Below, in pieces: positions 24,566 through 35,110 of a DNA stretch of 64,000 nt (positions within the stretch are counted from its first letter, which is position 1; the number at the start of each line of letters is the position of its first letter). The DNA is taken from the NCBI GenBank assembly GCA_963747275.1, contig CAVVEI010000019.1, forward strand, positions 7,454 to 71,453, given 5' to 3'. The notes under the pieces are model-generated. The model saw only the letters and a list, made by a program, of their open reading frames with translations. It searched no databases and was not told the origin of the DNA. A program made the translations under genes and the position numbers. The DNA comes from an uncultured Actinomycetes bacterium (GTDB taxonomy: Bacteria; Actinomycetota; Thermoleophilia; RBG-16-64-13).

Positions 24566-25116
24566 GGGGGTGTTACTGTCAGGCTGTATCCCGTATCGAG
24601 TATGTTTTCCATATCATCCCGGACCAACCGGTAAACGTGCCACTCCTTGAGGTGTGTTGCCCCGAACCGTTTGTAGAAGTCGATTGCCGGGGTATTCCAG
24701 TCCAGAACCGACCACTCCATCCGGCCGCAGCCGCGGCGGTGTGCTTCGGCGACCATGGCGACAAAGAGCCTGTAGCCCACCTTTTTCTTGCGGTATTCGG
24801 GGAGGACAAACAGGTCCTCAAGATAGAGGGTCGGGAGGGCGAGGAAGCTGGAGTATGTTTCAAAAACAAATGCGTATCCTGCTGCAACTCCCCCGTATTC
24901 GGCGAGAAACGCCTGTATACGGGGAGGGGTCGAGAACATATCCCGGATCAGGCGGTCCCGGGCGGCCCTGTCGGGGGGAGGGAGCCGCTCATAGTCGGCG
25001 AGTCCGCGAACGAGTTGCAGGATCGTCTCTGCATCTGCCGGCACCGCTGGCCGGACGGTAAGGCCGGGGACAGCAAAGGAGGGCTCAGAAAGGCGGTTTG
25101 GGGTTGTTGTACTCAT
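24562..25116 (-). CDS. GNAT family N-acetyltransferase (diamine/SSAT-like), intact
   Basis: This 184-aa ORF has TLYLEDLFVLPEYRKKKVGYRLF and WNTPAIDFYKRFGA, the acetyl-CoA binding motif A region. Confidence 0.8.
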   Translation of the reverse strand: MSTTTPNRLSEPSFAVPGLTVRPAVPADAETILQLVRGLADYERLPPPDRAARDRLIRDMFSTPPRIQAFLAEYGGVAAGYAFVFETYSSFLALPTLYLEDLFVLPEYRKKKVGYRLFVAMVAEAHRRGCGRMEWSVLDWNTPAIDFYKRFGATHLKEWHVYRLVRDDMENILDTGYSLTVTPP

Positions 25117-25201
25117 AATCCGGGAGTCCGATGGAATTGAATAAGACCTGAATACTATGTATATTTACAGTATCCAATGGAACAACGTCAGAGGAGGTTT
25201 A

Positions 25202-25792
25202 ATGGCTAAACTCTATGCTTCGAACAAGGATGAATCCGCCCGTCTCTTCAAGAGCGATCTGCTGGAGTTTTTCACCCATGTTCACTGGAGTGTGCCGATT
25301 TTCCTGTATATTCCCGTTGTGGGCTACTTTCTCTACCGGGCATCCAACACGCCCGGCCTGACATTAGGGACGGGTGCCCTGCTCTTTGTGGCGGGATTGG
25401 TGGTGTGGTCGTTCAGCGAATACATACTCCACCGGTATGTGTTTCACTATGAACCGACCAGTGCTGTGGGGAAACGTCTCCACTTCCTCATGCACGGAAT
25501 ACACCATGACTACCCGAACGACAGTACGCGCCTGGTGCTGCCACCGTCGATGAGCATTCCTCTGGCCGCACTCTTCTACGGGCTTTTCTTCCTCCTGCTG
25601 GGAGCGCAGTATGTCGCCCCGTTCTTTGCGGCTTTCCTCCTGGGATACGTCCTGTACGATGAGATCCACTATGCAACCCATCACGCACCGATGAAGGGGA
25701 GCATGTTTCTCAAACTCAAGCACCATCATATCCTGCATCACTATCACGCCCCGGAAAAGGGGTATGGAGTGAGCTCTCCCCTCTGGGACTGA
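25202..25792 (+). CDS. fatty acid hydroxylase / sterol desaturase family membrane protein, intact
   Basis: The histidine boxes HRYVFH, HGIHH and HHILHH are present, with multiple hydrophobic helices. The start is taken at MAKLY, internal to ORF 25157..25792. Confidence 0.8.
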   Translation: MAKLYASNKDESARLFKSDLLEFFTHVHWSVPIFLYIPVVGYFLYRASNTPGLTLGTGALLFVAGLVVWSFSEYILHRYVFHYEPTSAVGKRLHFLMHGIHHDYPNDSTRLVLPPSMSIPLAALFYGLFFLLLGAQYVAPFFAAFLLGYVLYDEIHYATHHAPMKGSMFLKLKHHHILHHYHAPEKGYGVSSPLWD

Positions 25793-25881
25793 CGTCTTCG
25801 GGACGGTGGATCCCACGGAAGAGAAGACACCGGTAGAGGCCTGAGGGTCGAACTTCTCACTGTCCCGGGATCGTTACCGAC

Positions 25882-25915
25882 GCCCGGACCCTTCGGGGTC
25901 CGGGCGTTTGCTTTC
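25882..25915 (+). terminator. intrinsic terminator downstream of the hydroxylase gene
   Basis: A 10-bp GC stem gcccggaccc / gggtccgggc with a ttcg loop spans 25882-25905 and is followed by gtttgctttc. Confidence 0.6.
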
Positions 25916-26525
25916 ATGAGCATTCCCATGGCCATAGAGAGTACGCGCGCATCGGCATGATCGGCTCGCGAAGGGATGAGGACCGGGACCCGGGCTCCGA
26001 CGATCACGTGCGCCAGGGGTTGCCCCCCGAAATACGTGATGCTCTTTGCCAGGCTGTTTGCCACTTCTATAGAGTGTGCGACAAGCACGTCAGCCGCGCC
26101 CGCCACCGCGGACCGGAGCCCCTTTCACGGGCAGCTTCCGGGGAGAGTGCATTGTCCAGGGCGAGCGGTCCATCCACCAGGCAGCCGGCGATTTGTCCCC
26201 TGTTCATTCATCTTTGCCAGTGCCGCCGCATCCAGCGTTGAAGGAAGTCCGGGGTTGACATACTCGGTTGCGGAGAGCACGGCCACTTTGGGGTGGCGAT
26301 GCCGAGCGCATGGGCGACTTCAACGGCGTTCAGAATAAGTTCCTTCTTGGCCTTCCAGGTCCGGTGTGGTGGTGACGCCGCCGTGCGGTCATGAGGATCA
26401 GCCGTTTGCCGGTGGCGTGCTGGTATTCCACCGCGACCACGTCGCTCAGGAGCCGTCCGGTCCGCAACCCCGACTCTTCATCCAGTACCGCGCGCATAAG
26501 CGCGGCGGTGTCCACCGCAGCCATC
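25916..26525 (-). pseudogene. phosphate butyryl/acetyltransferase (Ptb/Pta family), N-terminal ~100 aa missing, frameshifted; 3' end uncertain
   Basis: Successive frames read VDTAALMRAVLDEESGLRTGRLLSDVVAVEYQHATGKRLILMT, KKELILNAVEVAHALGIATPKVAVLSATEYVNPGLPSTLDAAALAKM and AGAADVLVAHSIEVANSLAKSITYFGGQPLAHVIVGARVPVLIPSRADHADARVLSMA. Confidence 0.65.
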
Positions 26526-27697
26526 TTGCCCTCAGGGTTGAGCCAGAAGATCATGCTCTCGGCGTGGTCTACAGAGTGCTGGGTGAGACGCAACTCCTTC
26601 TGCAGTTCGTTGCGGCGACTTAGATCCCAGCCGTAGATGAAGTGGTATTCGTGGCCCTCGTACTCCACGTGACTGACGCTGACCTCGATGGGTATCTCGC
26701 GTCCGTCTTTGGTCCGGTGCACCCCTTCGAAGGTGGCCGTGCCTGCCTGCTTGACCCTCTCCCAGGTGTCCTTCCAGGGGCGGGCTGTGTGGGGGTCGAT
26801 GTCATAGATGGTCAGGCCCAGGATCTCTTCGCGCGTGTAGCCCAATTGCCTGCAGGTGGAATCGGTGGCGAAAGTCACCTTACCTTCGGAGTCGATCCAG
26901 ATGACCTGCCCCTGGGAATGCTCCACCGAGTACTCGGTAAGGCGCAGCTTCTTCTCCATGCGCTTGCGACCGGTGACGTCGCGAGCAAAGACGAGATCGA
27001 ACTCGCTGCCACCGTACTCCACGTAGTTGGAGTTCACCTCGACAGGTATGGAATGGCCTTCTTTGGTCCGGTAGCTCGACTCACGGGTGATCGACCCTTC
27101 GCGTTTGATATCCGCGAAAGCCTGGTCCCAAGACGCATCAAGTCCAGGGTCGAGCGCGCTGACGTCCATGCCCTCAAGCTCCTGGCGCTGGTACCCCATG
27201 CGTTCGCAGACCGCGTCGTTCAGATGCGATATGCGGCCCTGAGCGTCTACCCAGTAGATCATGTCCACCGCTTGTTCGATGGAGAGCTCTGAGAAACGAA
27301 GGCTCTCTTCGGCTCGCTTGCGTTCTGAGACGTCCTCGATGGTCATCACCGGGTAGGTCTTGCCGTCGACCTCCGTCACCTGGAGAGTCCAGCTGATCCA
27401 TCTCTCAGCGGCATCCTCGCCGTCAAGCCTAACCTCACGGGTGACGGGTCGTCCGGCCGCCAGAGCGGCCCGGGCGTCGCCCACAAAGTCCTGCCCCCAG
27501 AGAGAGACACTCGCCAGCTCAGACTCCAGCATCTCGGCCAAGGAGATACCGGCGATACGCGCAGCGGAATCGTTTGCCCAGATACACTTCCCATCGGGCG
27601 CATAGACGATGACGCCCTCCGCGGTGTTCGACAGAAAGGCCTGACACAGCCCTTCTTGAAGAGGCATCTCCTTATCTTCCGTCATTCTCGCGATCAC
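26526..27697 (-). CDS. multi-PAS-domain sensor protein, 3'-truncated (no output domain)
   Basis: ORF 26330..27697 shows four PAS-like modules, each ending in a coiled linker (ERKRAEESLRFSE, GRKRMEKKLRLTE, RRNELQKELRLTQ). A fifth module begins MIFWLNPEGK and then switches abruptly to Ptb sequence at ~26525. Confidence 0.75.
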
Positions 27698-27784
27698 CCT
27701 CCCGGAGGCACGGACGCACGTGAGACCTCGACCTATCTAGCAGAGCCACCATCTATACGGTAATCGGCACATGAAGCGCAATTC

Positions 27785-28879
27785 TCAAGAGTCGCGGGCG
27801 TCATCCTTGGCCACGAATCCTCGCACGAGGTCGCCGACGGCGTCGGTACCCATGCCCATCTCGTTGGCGTTCATGGACTTCATCTGCCCGATGGCGTAGG
27901 CAATCCCCTTGTCGATCAACTCGGCCGCCATGGTCTCGCCCAAGTGCTCAAGCATCATCTGCACGGCACCGATGGCAGCCAGGGGGTTGATGGCGTTCTT
28001 GCCCGTCCACATGGGCGCTGTACCGCCGATGGGCTCGAACATGCTCACACCCTGCGGATTTATGTTGCCGCCGGCCGCGACCCCCAGGCCTCCCTGAGTT
28101 ATCGCCCCCAGGTCGGTGATGATGTCGCCGAACATGTTCTCCACCACCATCACGTCGAACATCTCCGGGCTGGCCACCATGTACAGGCACGTAGCATCTA
28201 CGTGGTAATACTCGCGCTTTATGTCAGGGTACTCTTCGCCGATCTCTGCGAACACTCGGTTCCACAGCTTGTACATGTGGGTGAGTACGTTTGACTTGCC
28301 GATGAGCGCCAGGGTGTTGTTCTCGCCCACACCGCGAGCCCTCTTGCCGTACTTGCGCGTGTAGTCGAAAGCGTAGCGCAGACAACGGGCCACTTGGTCG
28401 TAGGTGTAGACCATCTCCTGGATGGCCACTTCATCCTTGGTACCCGGCCGAGAGTTGCCCCCCATGCCCGTGTACATGCCCCCGCTGTTCTCGCGGATCA
28501 CGCAGTAGTCTATCTCCTTGGGCCCCTTGCCCTTGATGGGAGTCTCTACCCCCGGGAAGAGCCGCACCGGACGCAGGTTGATGTACTGGTCGAGAGCGAA
28601 CCTGGCCTTGAGCAGCACCCCTTGCTCCAAGACGCCCGGCGGTACATCAGGATGTCCGATGGCGCCCAGGAGGATGGCGTCGTGCTCCTTCAGTTCCTCG
28701 ATGGCCGAGTCGGGCAGCGTCTCACCCGTGCGAAGGTAACGCGTGCCGCCGAAATCGTAGTGATTCAGCTCGTACGAAAAGCCGGCGGCGGCCGCCGCCG
28801 CCTCTAGGACCTTCAGTCCTTCAGCCACCACTTCCGGCCCGGTGCCGTCACCTGGGATGACAGCTACTCTATAGTTCAC
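27785..28879 (-). CDS. leuB: 3-isopropylmalate dehydrogenase (isocitrate/isopropylmalate/tartrate dehydrogenase family)
   Basis: Intact 364-aa ORF with VIPGDGTGPEV, IRENSGGMYTG and NMFGDIITDLGA. It lies next to leuD and leuC. Tartrate dehydrogenase cannot be excluded without a search. Confidence 0.8.
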   Translation of the reverse strand: MNYRVAVIPGDGTGPEVVAEGLKVLEAAAAAAGFSYELNHYDFGGTRYLRTGETLPDSAIEELKEHDAILLGAIGHPDVPPGVLEQGVLLKARFALDQYINLRPVRLFPGVETPIKGKGPKEIDYCVIRENSGGMYTGMGGNSRPGTKDEVAIQEMVYTYDQVARCLRYAFDYTRKYGKRARGVGENNTLALIGKSNVLTHMYKLWNRVFAEIGEEYPDIKREYYHVDATCLYMVASPEMFDVMVVENMFGDIITDLGAITQGGLGVAAGGNINPQGVSMFEPIGGTAPMWTGKNAINPLAAIGAVQMMLEHLGETMAAELIDKGIAYAIGQMKSMNANEMGMGTDAVGDLVRGFVAKDDARDS

Positions 28880-28907
28880 TCTCGTTCCTTCCTTCTGAGC
28901 GTTGTGC

Positions 28908-29404
28908 CTAGCGGGCAGCAGCGCGGGTCTTCAGGTATGGCAACAGACCACCGGCGGCCACCAACTCTTGCATGAAGGGTGGCAGCGGCTGGGCTTGATA
29001 ATTCACTCCGCTGGTCAAGTCGTCGATCTCGCCCGTCGCCAGGTCGACCGTGAGTTCGTCACCCTGCTTGATGCCGTCGACCGCCTCCGGAGCCACCAAG
29101 ATGGGCAGGCCCGTGTTGAAGGCGTTGCGATAGAAGATGCGAGCGAAGCTCTTGGCGATGACCATTGACACCCCGGCCCCCTTGAGTGCCATAGGGGCGT
29201 GCTCACGCGAAGAGCCGCAACCGAAGTTCTCTTTGGCCACCACCATGTCGCCCGGCTTGACCTTGCCTGCAAACGTGGGGTCGGCGTCTTCCATGACGTG
29301 CGGCGCCAACTCGGCGGCAGTCGCCATGTTGAGGTAGCGGGCCGGGATTATGAGGTCGGTATCGACGTCGCGACCGAACGTCCAGGCGTGTCCTCGCAAT
29401 GCCG

Positions 29405-29408
<4 letters not shown>
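28908..29408 (-). CDS. leuD: 3-isopropylmalate dehydratase small subunit
   Basis: This 166-aa ORF contains KENFGCGSSREHAP and overlaps the leuC stop by 4 nt. Confidence 0.9.
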
Positions 29409-30715
<1,307 letters not shown>

Positions 30716-30852
30716 ACCATGTACCCCCGTTCGTCATAGACTTGCCGCGATGAATGTGGGCGCCGCGCTCGACTCAGGAACGCCCACGGATTTGCCTCTA
30801 TATTGTACACGCGCCGCCGAAGCACCCCTGGGACCGTGATAACCTGCCTCGC

Positions 30853-31539
30853 ATGAGCAAATCGAGTCGCAAGCGCCGCGTCGTCTTCTGGTCGCTCCTC
30901 ACGTTGGGGGCCTTCGTCCTGTTGGTTGGGATCCTCACCTTGACGGCCAATCTTGTCATCACCCGGACCACCAGAGACTCCGTGCTTGCCTCACCTGAGG
31001 ACGCGCCCCATGCGCAGTGCGCCATCGTCCTCGGTGCCCGCGTTTTCAGCGACGGCACACTGTACGCCATGATGGCCGACCGGTTAGAGGTGGCCATAGC
31101 ACTGTATGAACTGGGCAAGGTCGACAAACTGCTCATCTCTGGCGACCACGGCACAACCACCTACGACGAGGTCAACGCCATGCTCAAGTACGCGGTCGAG
31201 CGAGGGGTCCCCGACTCAGACGTGTTCACCGACCACGCCGGCTTCGATACCTACGATACGATGTACCGCGCCCGTGACGTGTTCATGGTGCGATCGGCCC
31301 TGGTGGTCACCCAGGGCTACCATCTCTCGAGAGCGGTCTACACCGCCCGCGAACTGGGCCTGGATGCTGTCGGAGTCAGCGCCGACCTACGCCCCTATCT
31401 GCACCCGTTGCGCAACCAAGCGCGCGAGATACTCGCCAGGGTGAACGCGGTGATCCAACTGCACATAACGAATCCGGACCCCAAGTTCTTGGGGCCACAG
31501 ATACCGATCACCGGTGACGGCTCGGCCACGCGAGGATAG
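30853..31539 (+). CDS. sanA: SanA/YdcF (DUF218) family membrane protein, copy 1
   Basis: Starts at MSKSSRKRR, has an N-terminal TM helix, then AIVLGARV, DKLLISGDHG and FTDHAGFDTYDTMYRA. Confidence 0.75.
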   Translation: MSKSSRKRRVVFWSLLTLGAFVLLVGILTLTANLVITRTTRDSVLASPEDAPHAQCAIVLGARVFSDGTLYAMMADRLEVAIALYELGKVDKLLISGDHGTTTYDEVNAMLKYAVERGVPDSDVFTDHAGFDTYDTMYRARDVFMVRSALVVTQGYHLSRAVYTARELGLDAVGVSADLRPYLHPLRNQAREILARVNAVIQLHITNPDPKFLGPQIPITGDGSATRG

Positions 31540-31546
31540 GGGCCCG

Positions 31547-32233
31547 ATGAAGAAACACAGCCGAAGGTGGCACGCAGTCTTCTGGCCGTTCTTCGCCCTC
31601 GGCCTTGCCGTGGTGATCGGTGGCCTCATCGTGCTGGTGACCAACTTGGTGATCATCCGCGGGGCCAAGCAGTACATATACCCGAGCGTCGATGAGGCCC
31701 CGCGCGCGCAGACAGCCATCGTGCTGGGCGCCCGGGTCTGGGTGGACGGCACCCCCATGGACATGCTGGGCGATAGGCTCGAGACCGCCGTCCGTCTCTA
31801 CGAACAGGGCAAGGTGGAGAAGCTCCTCCTGTCGGGCGAACACTTCAGGGTGCCCTACAACCAGGTGGATGTGATGCTGGAATACGTTCTGGACAGAGGG
31901 GTGCCCGAAGAGGACGTGTTCACCGACAACTACGGGCTCACCACTTACGAGACCATGCAACGGGCCCGCGACGTCTTCCTGGTGGACTCGGCCCTTATAG
32001 TCACCCAGGATTTCCACCTGGCGCGCGCTGTGTACACCGCGAGACAGCTTGGACTAGAGGCAGTCGGAGTGGTGGCCGACCTACAGACCTATCGTGACGA
32101 GGCGCCCAACGCGGCACGGGAGGTCCTGGCCCGGGTCAAGGCGGTGCTCCAGATCCACCTTACCGATCCCACGCTCTCGGAGGCCGATGGGCCCTTCCCC
32201 ATCACGGGCGACGGCCGGATCACCAGGCAGTAG
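31547..32233 (+). CDS. sanA: SanA/YdcF (DUF218) family membrane protein, copy 2 (tandem paralog)
   Basis: Starts at MKKHSRRWH and has the same architecture (AIVLGARVW, EKLLLSGEH, FTDNYGLTTYETMQRA). It is collinear with copy 1 along its whole length. Confidence 0.75.
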   Translation: MKKHSRRWHAVFWPFFALGLAVVIGGLIVLVTNLVIIRGAKQYIYPSVDEAPRAQTAIVLGARVWVDGTPMDMLGDRLETAVRLYEQGKVEKLLLSGEHFRVPYNQVDVMLEYVLDRGVPEEDVFTDNYGLTTYETMQRARDVFLVDSALIVTQDFHLARAVYTARQLGLEAVGVVADLQTYRDEAPNAAREVLARVKAVLQIHLTDPTLSEADGPFPITGDGRITRQ

Positions 32234-32594
32234 GGTACTCTCTGCAGACTCCATATCGGCTTTGAAGGCCCAGACTGATGCCGACGTAGTCGACATTCTC
32301 CTCGGCCGCGGTGGCCTTGACGCCGGTCAGCACGTCCTCGGCCTCGGCCTTGGAGCGGGCCACCGCGCCCTTCCAGTCGTTCTGCCAGTCGCCCACGTCG
32401 TACGAAGACCAGCCCACTACCGCGGGCACCCCATCGGCGTCGAACGTCCAGGCCTCGACTCCTCTCACCACGGCCCCCGCGTCCACCAGCACTTGTATGA
32501 CTTCCGCGGCCAAGTCCAGCGGCCAAGCGAAGTCAGGCCCGTCGGCTTTGGCAGCGACCCGCAGATTGTCAGGGAGTACGCTCAGGTCCTTCAT
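32220..32594 (-). CDS. hypothetical cytoplasmic protein (124 aa, acidic, Trp-rich)
   Basis: Intact ORF with no signal peptide. Its ATG overlaps the stop of the upstream glucosaminidase gene by 4 nt. It loosely resembles polymorphic-toxin immunity proteins; this is my impression only. Confidence 0.5.
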   Translation of the reverse strand: MKDLSVLPDNLRVAAKADGPDFAWPLDLAAEVIQVLVDAGAVVRGVEAWTFDADGVPAVVGWSSYDVGDWQNDWKGAVARSKAEAEDVLTGVKATAAEENVDYVGISLGLQSRYGVCREYPTAW

Positions 32595-33790
32595 CGGTGA
32601 GGGATTCCTTTCTTAGCCGCGTCGCACATGGCGTTAATAGCAGCCGATAGCTTCTGCAGCGCCTCTCCGTAGTATGTGCTCACTGCCCACTTCGCGCCCA
32701 GGTCGTACACCGTGACCACGTTGCCCTTGTGGACAGAGCCGTCCGCCTGGACGAAGTGCCGCGGATCGCCGGGAATAGTGAGGGGACCCGTGGCCGGCTG
32801 CGTGACCTTGATGCAGTAGGGGTCAGAAGCGTGCTCAGGATACAGGTACCAGGCCAGGTGTACATATTGAGCGATGACACCGAGTTCGGCCGTAGACCAG
32901 GAGTTGCCTGGTACGCCTCCGCCTGTGGCTCCGATGCCCGCCATGTTGTTCTGCTCGGGCTGGACGTCCCCGCCGTACTGGCCATAGCCGGTCTCGTGGA
33001 TCATCTGTGCCCACGCCATGTCTGCGCGGATGCCGAAACGGTCGCCGTACAGTATGTAGTAGCGGGCCAGAGTCCCCAAGGACACAGTGAACTTGCCGTC
33101 GTTGCCCCCGGTCTTAGAGCGAAAGTAGGCCACAAGATCGGAGGCGTCACCCACGAATCGTCCACACATGCCGTCGGGGTCTGTGCCCATGAGGTTGAAG
33201 ACGAAGGCCGCTGCATGACCGCGAGACGCAGGTTGGCTTGGCAGAAGAGACTTGAGATCCCGCTCGGAGGTAGTGAGGCCGCGCAGCAGCCGGTTGTACT
33301 CAGCCTGGCGCAACACTGGTCCATGGGTGGGCTCGATATCGCCCCACACAGACTGATAGAAGTCCGGAGGCGTGGGTAGCGCCCTACCAACAGCCCCCAT
33401 ACCGATGGCGACCATCTGAGCCAAAGTCAAAGTCACCGCGGGTTGCAGGCCGTATGTGTCCATCGCCTCGACCGGGCTGCCCATGGCCTTGGAGACCATG
33501 TTCACATATTCCTGGCAGGTGACCGGCGCCGATGGGACGAACGTACCGCCGGCGGCGCCCTCCAGTATGCCCAGCTGAGCCAGGGTCTCTATCTGCACGT
33601 GATACGGATGGTCCTCTGGGACGTCGCTGAAGCCCACAGCCTCGGCCACCGGCAGAGACAGCGGCAAAGCCACTGCCAGCGCCACTCCCGCCAACACGAT
33701 GGAGAGGCCCACGATAAGAGCTGCCCGCCGCGTCGGACGCCACGCCAGAACTCGCCGGATGTCCTGGATCTTCATGTCGTGCATCTTCAT
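32591..33790 (-). CDS. membrane-anchored peptidoglycan hydrolase (mannosyl-glycoprotein endo-beta-N-acetylglucosaminidase domain)
   Basis: The start is taken at the internal MKMHDMK (33790), because the longer ORF would overlap the MFS gene. It has a TM anchor ALIVGLSIVLAGVALAVAL, an SLH-like FSDVPEDHPYHVQIETLAQLGILEG, and a glucosaminidase core AQMIHETGYGQYGGDVQPEQNNMAGIG. Confidence 0.7.
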   Translation of the reverse strand: MKMHDMKIQDIRRVLAWRPTRRAALIVGLSIVLAGVALAVALPLSLPVAEAVGFSDVPEDHPYHVQIETLAQLGILEGAAGGTFVPSAPVTCQEYVNMVSKAMGSPVEAMDTYGLQPAVTLTLAQMVAIGMGAVGRALPTPPDFYQSVWGDIEPTHGPVLRQAEYNRLLRGLTTSERDLKSLLPSQPASRGHAAAFVFNLMGTDPDGMCGRFVGDASDLVAYFRSKTGGNDGKFTVSLGTLARYYILYGDRFGIRADMAWAQMIHETGYGQYGGDVQPEQNNMAGIGATGGGVPGNSWSTAELGVIAQYVHLAWYLYPEHASDPYCIKVTQPATGPLTIPGDPRHFVQADGSVHKGNVVTVYDLGAKWAVSTYYGEALQKLSAAINAMCDAAKKGIPHR

Positions 33791-33849
33791 ATGGATAATA
33801 TTCCCCAAGATCAGGGTCTTGCCCTGCAAACGAGGCTGTCCTTGCCAGT

Positions 33850-35103
33850 CTACACTCGCGCGGAGCCTTTGCGCGGCTCTGGCACCAGCACCAGCATCAG
33901 AAGTCCGGCTGCTATCGCCGCTCCGGCTCCTACCCAGAACGGCGCAGACGGCGAGACCTTTTCGTATAGAAGGCCGGCCACCACACTGGCCGGCAAGGCT
34001 CCCAGCCCTACCACCATGTGATAGGCGCCGAACGCTGTGCCATGCCGCCCTCCAGAGGAGAACTCCGCCAGCAGCGCCCGGCCGTTGCCGTCGGCTATGC
34101 CCATGTACAGACCGTACACTGCAAACACCCCCCAGGCCGCCGCGGCTGACTTCGCCAGCGCCATCCACGCGTACGCTCCGGCGAAGACCGCAAAGCCCGC
34201 CAGAGCGAGCGTTCGGCGCCCCACCTTGTCGGCAAGCAGTCCGGCGGGTATTGAGAAGGCCGCATAGACGAGATTGAACAACAAATACAGCACCGGGATC
34301 AGAGCGGTGGCCACGCCCAGGTCGCTAGCACGCAGTATCAGGAAGGCGTCGGATGAATTGCCCAGTGCGAACATCCCGCTGATCATGAGATAGGCGAGCA
34401 GAGGACCGCCCAGACGGCGTTTTGCCCCGGCTTCGCCGGTCGACGCGTCTCGAGATACGCACGCAGTCGAAGCCGCCTCGACATCCACGTCCGCCCGGCG
34501 CCTGCGGTCTTTGATAAACAGCGCTACCACCAACACGCAGAGAGCACCGGGCAAGATAGATATCCAGAAGACGGTACGATATGCGCCCGGCCGCAGAAAC
34601 AGGACCAAAGCAGCCACAGCGGGGCCCAAGACAGCGCCGAACTGGTCCATGGCCCGGTGGAAGCCAAAAGAGCGGCCCAGCTCCGCCCTGCTGCACGAGT
34701 CGGCGACTATCGCATCGCGCGGAGCAGTCCGCACCCCTTTGCCGAAGCGATCGACGAACCTGGAGCCCAGAACCATCCCCCACCCGCCGGCCAGAGCCAA
34801 CAGTGGGCGGCTGAGAGTCGAGATGCTGTAGCCGAACAGCATCAGAGGCTTGCGCCTACCCAGCTTGTCGCTCAGCCAACCTGCGACCATCTTGAGCGTG
34901 CTGGCCGTGGTCTCAGCGATGCCCTCGATGACGCCGATCACCGCCTTGTTGACGTTCAAAACCGAGGAGAGGAATACGGGCACCAAGGAGTAGACCATCT
35001 CGGAACTGACGTCCATGAAGAAGGACGACACCCCCGCCCAGAACACGTTGCGCTCAAGCCCCCAGATCTTGCTCTGCGTCGTTGGACGGCTTGTGGCGCC
35101 CAC
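33850..35103 (-). CDS. MFS transporter
   Basis: This 417-aa ORF has ~12 predicted hydrophobic helices and the GWLSDKLGRRKPL loop motif between TM2 and TM3. Confidence 0.8.
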   Translation of the reverse strand: MGATSRPTTQSKIWGLERNVFWAGVSSFFMDVSSEMVYSLVPVFLSSVLNVNKAVIGVIEGIAETTASTLKMVAGWLSDKLGRRKPLMLFGYSISTLSRPLLALAGGWGMVLGSRFVDRFGKGVRTAPRDAIVADSCSRAELGRSFGFHRAMDQFGAVLGPAVAALVLFLRPGAYRTVFWISILPGALCVLVVALFIKDRRRRADVDVEAASTACVSRDASTGEAGAKRRLGGPLLAYLMISGMFALGNSSDAFLILRASDLGVATALIPVLYLLFNLVYAAFSIPAGLLADKVGRRTLALAGFAVFAGAYAWMALAKSAAAAWGVFAVYGLYMGIADGNGRALLAEFSSGGRHGTAFGAYHMVVGLGALPASVVAGLLYEKVSPSAPFWVGAGAAIAAGLLMLVLVPEPRKGSARV

Positions 35104-35110
35104 CGGACTG

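Noticed and set aside
26330-27697. PAS-Ptb fusion as a genuine novel sensor-enzyme
   Set aside because: The switch point coincides with a change in composition and frameshift density. Both partners are truncated mid-domain, so a contig join is the more economical explanation. It is kept as a finding only so that it gets checked.
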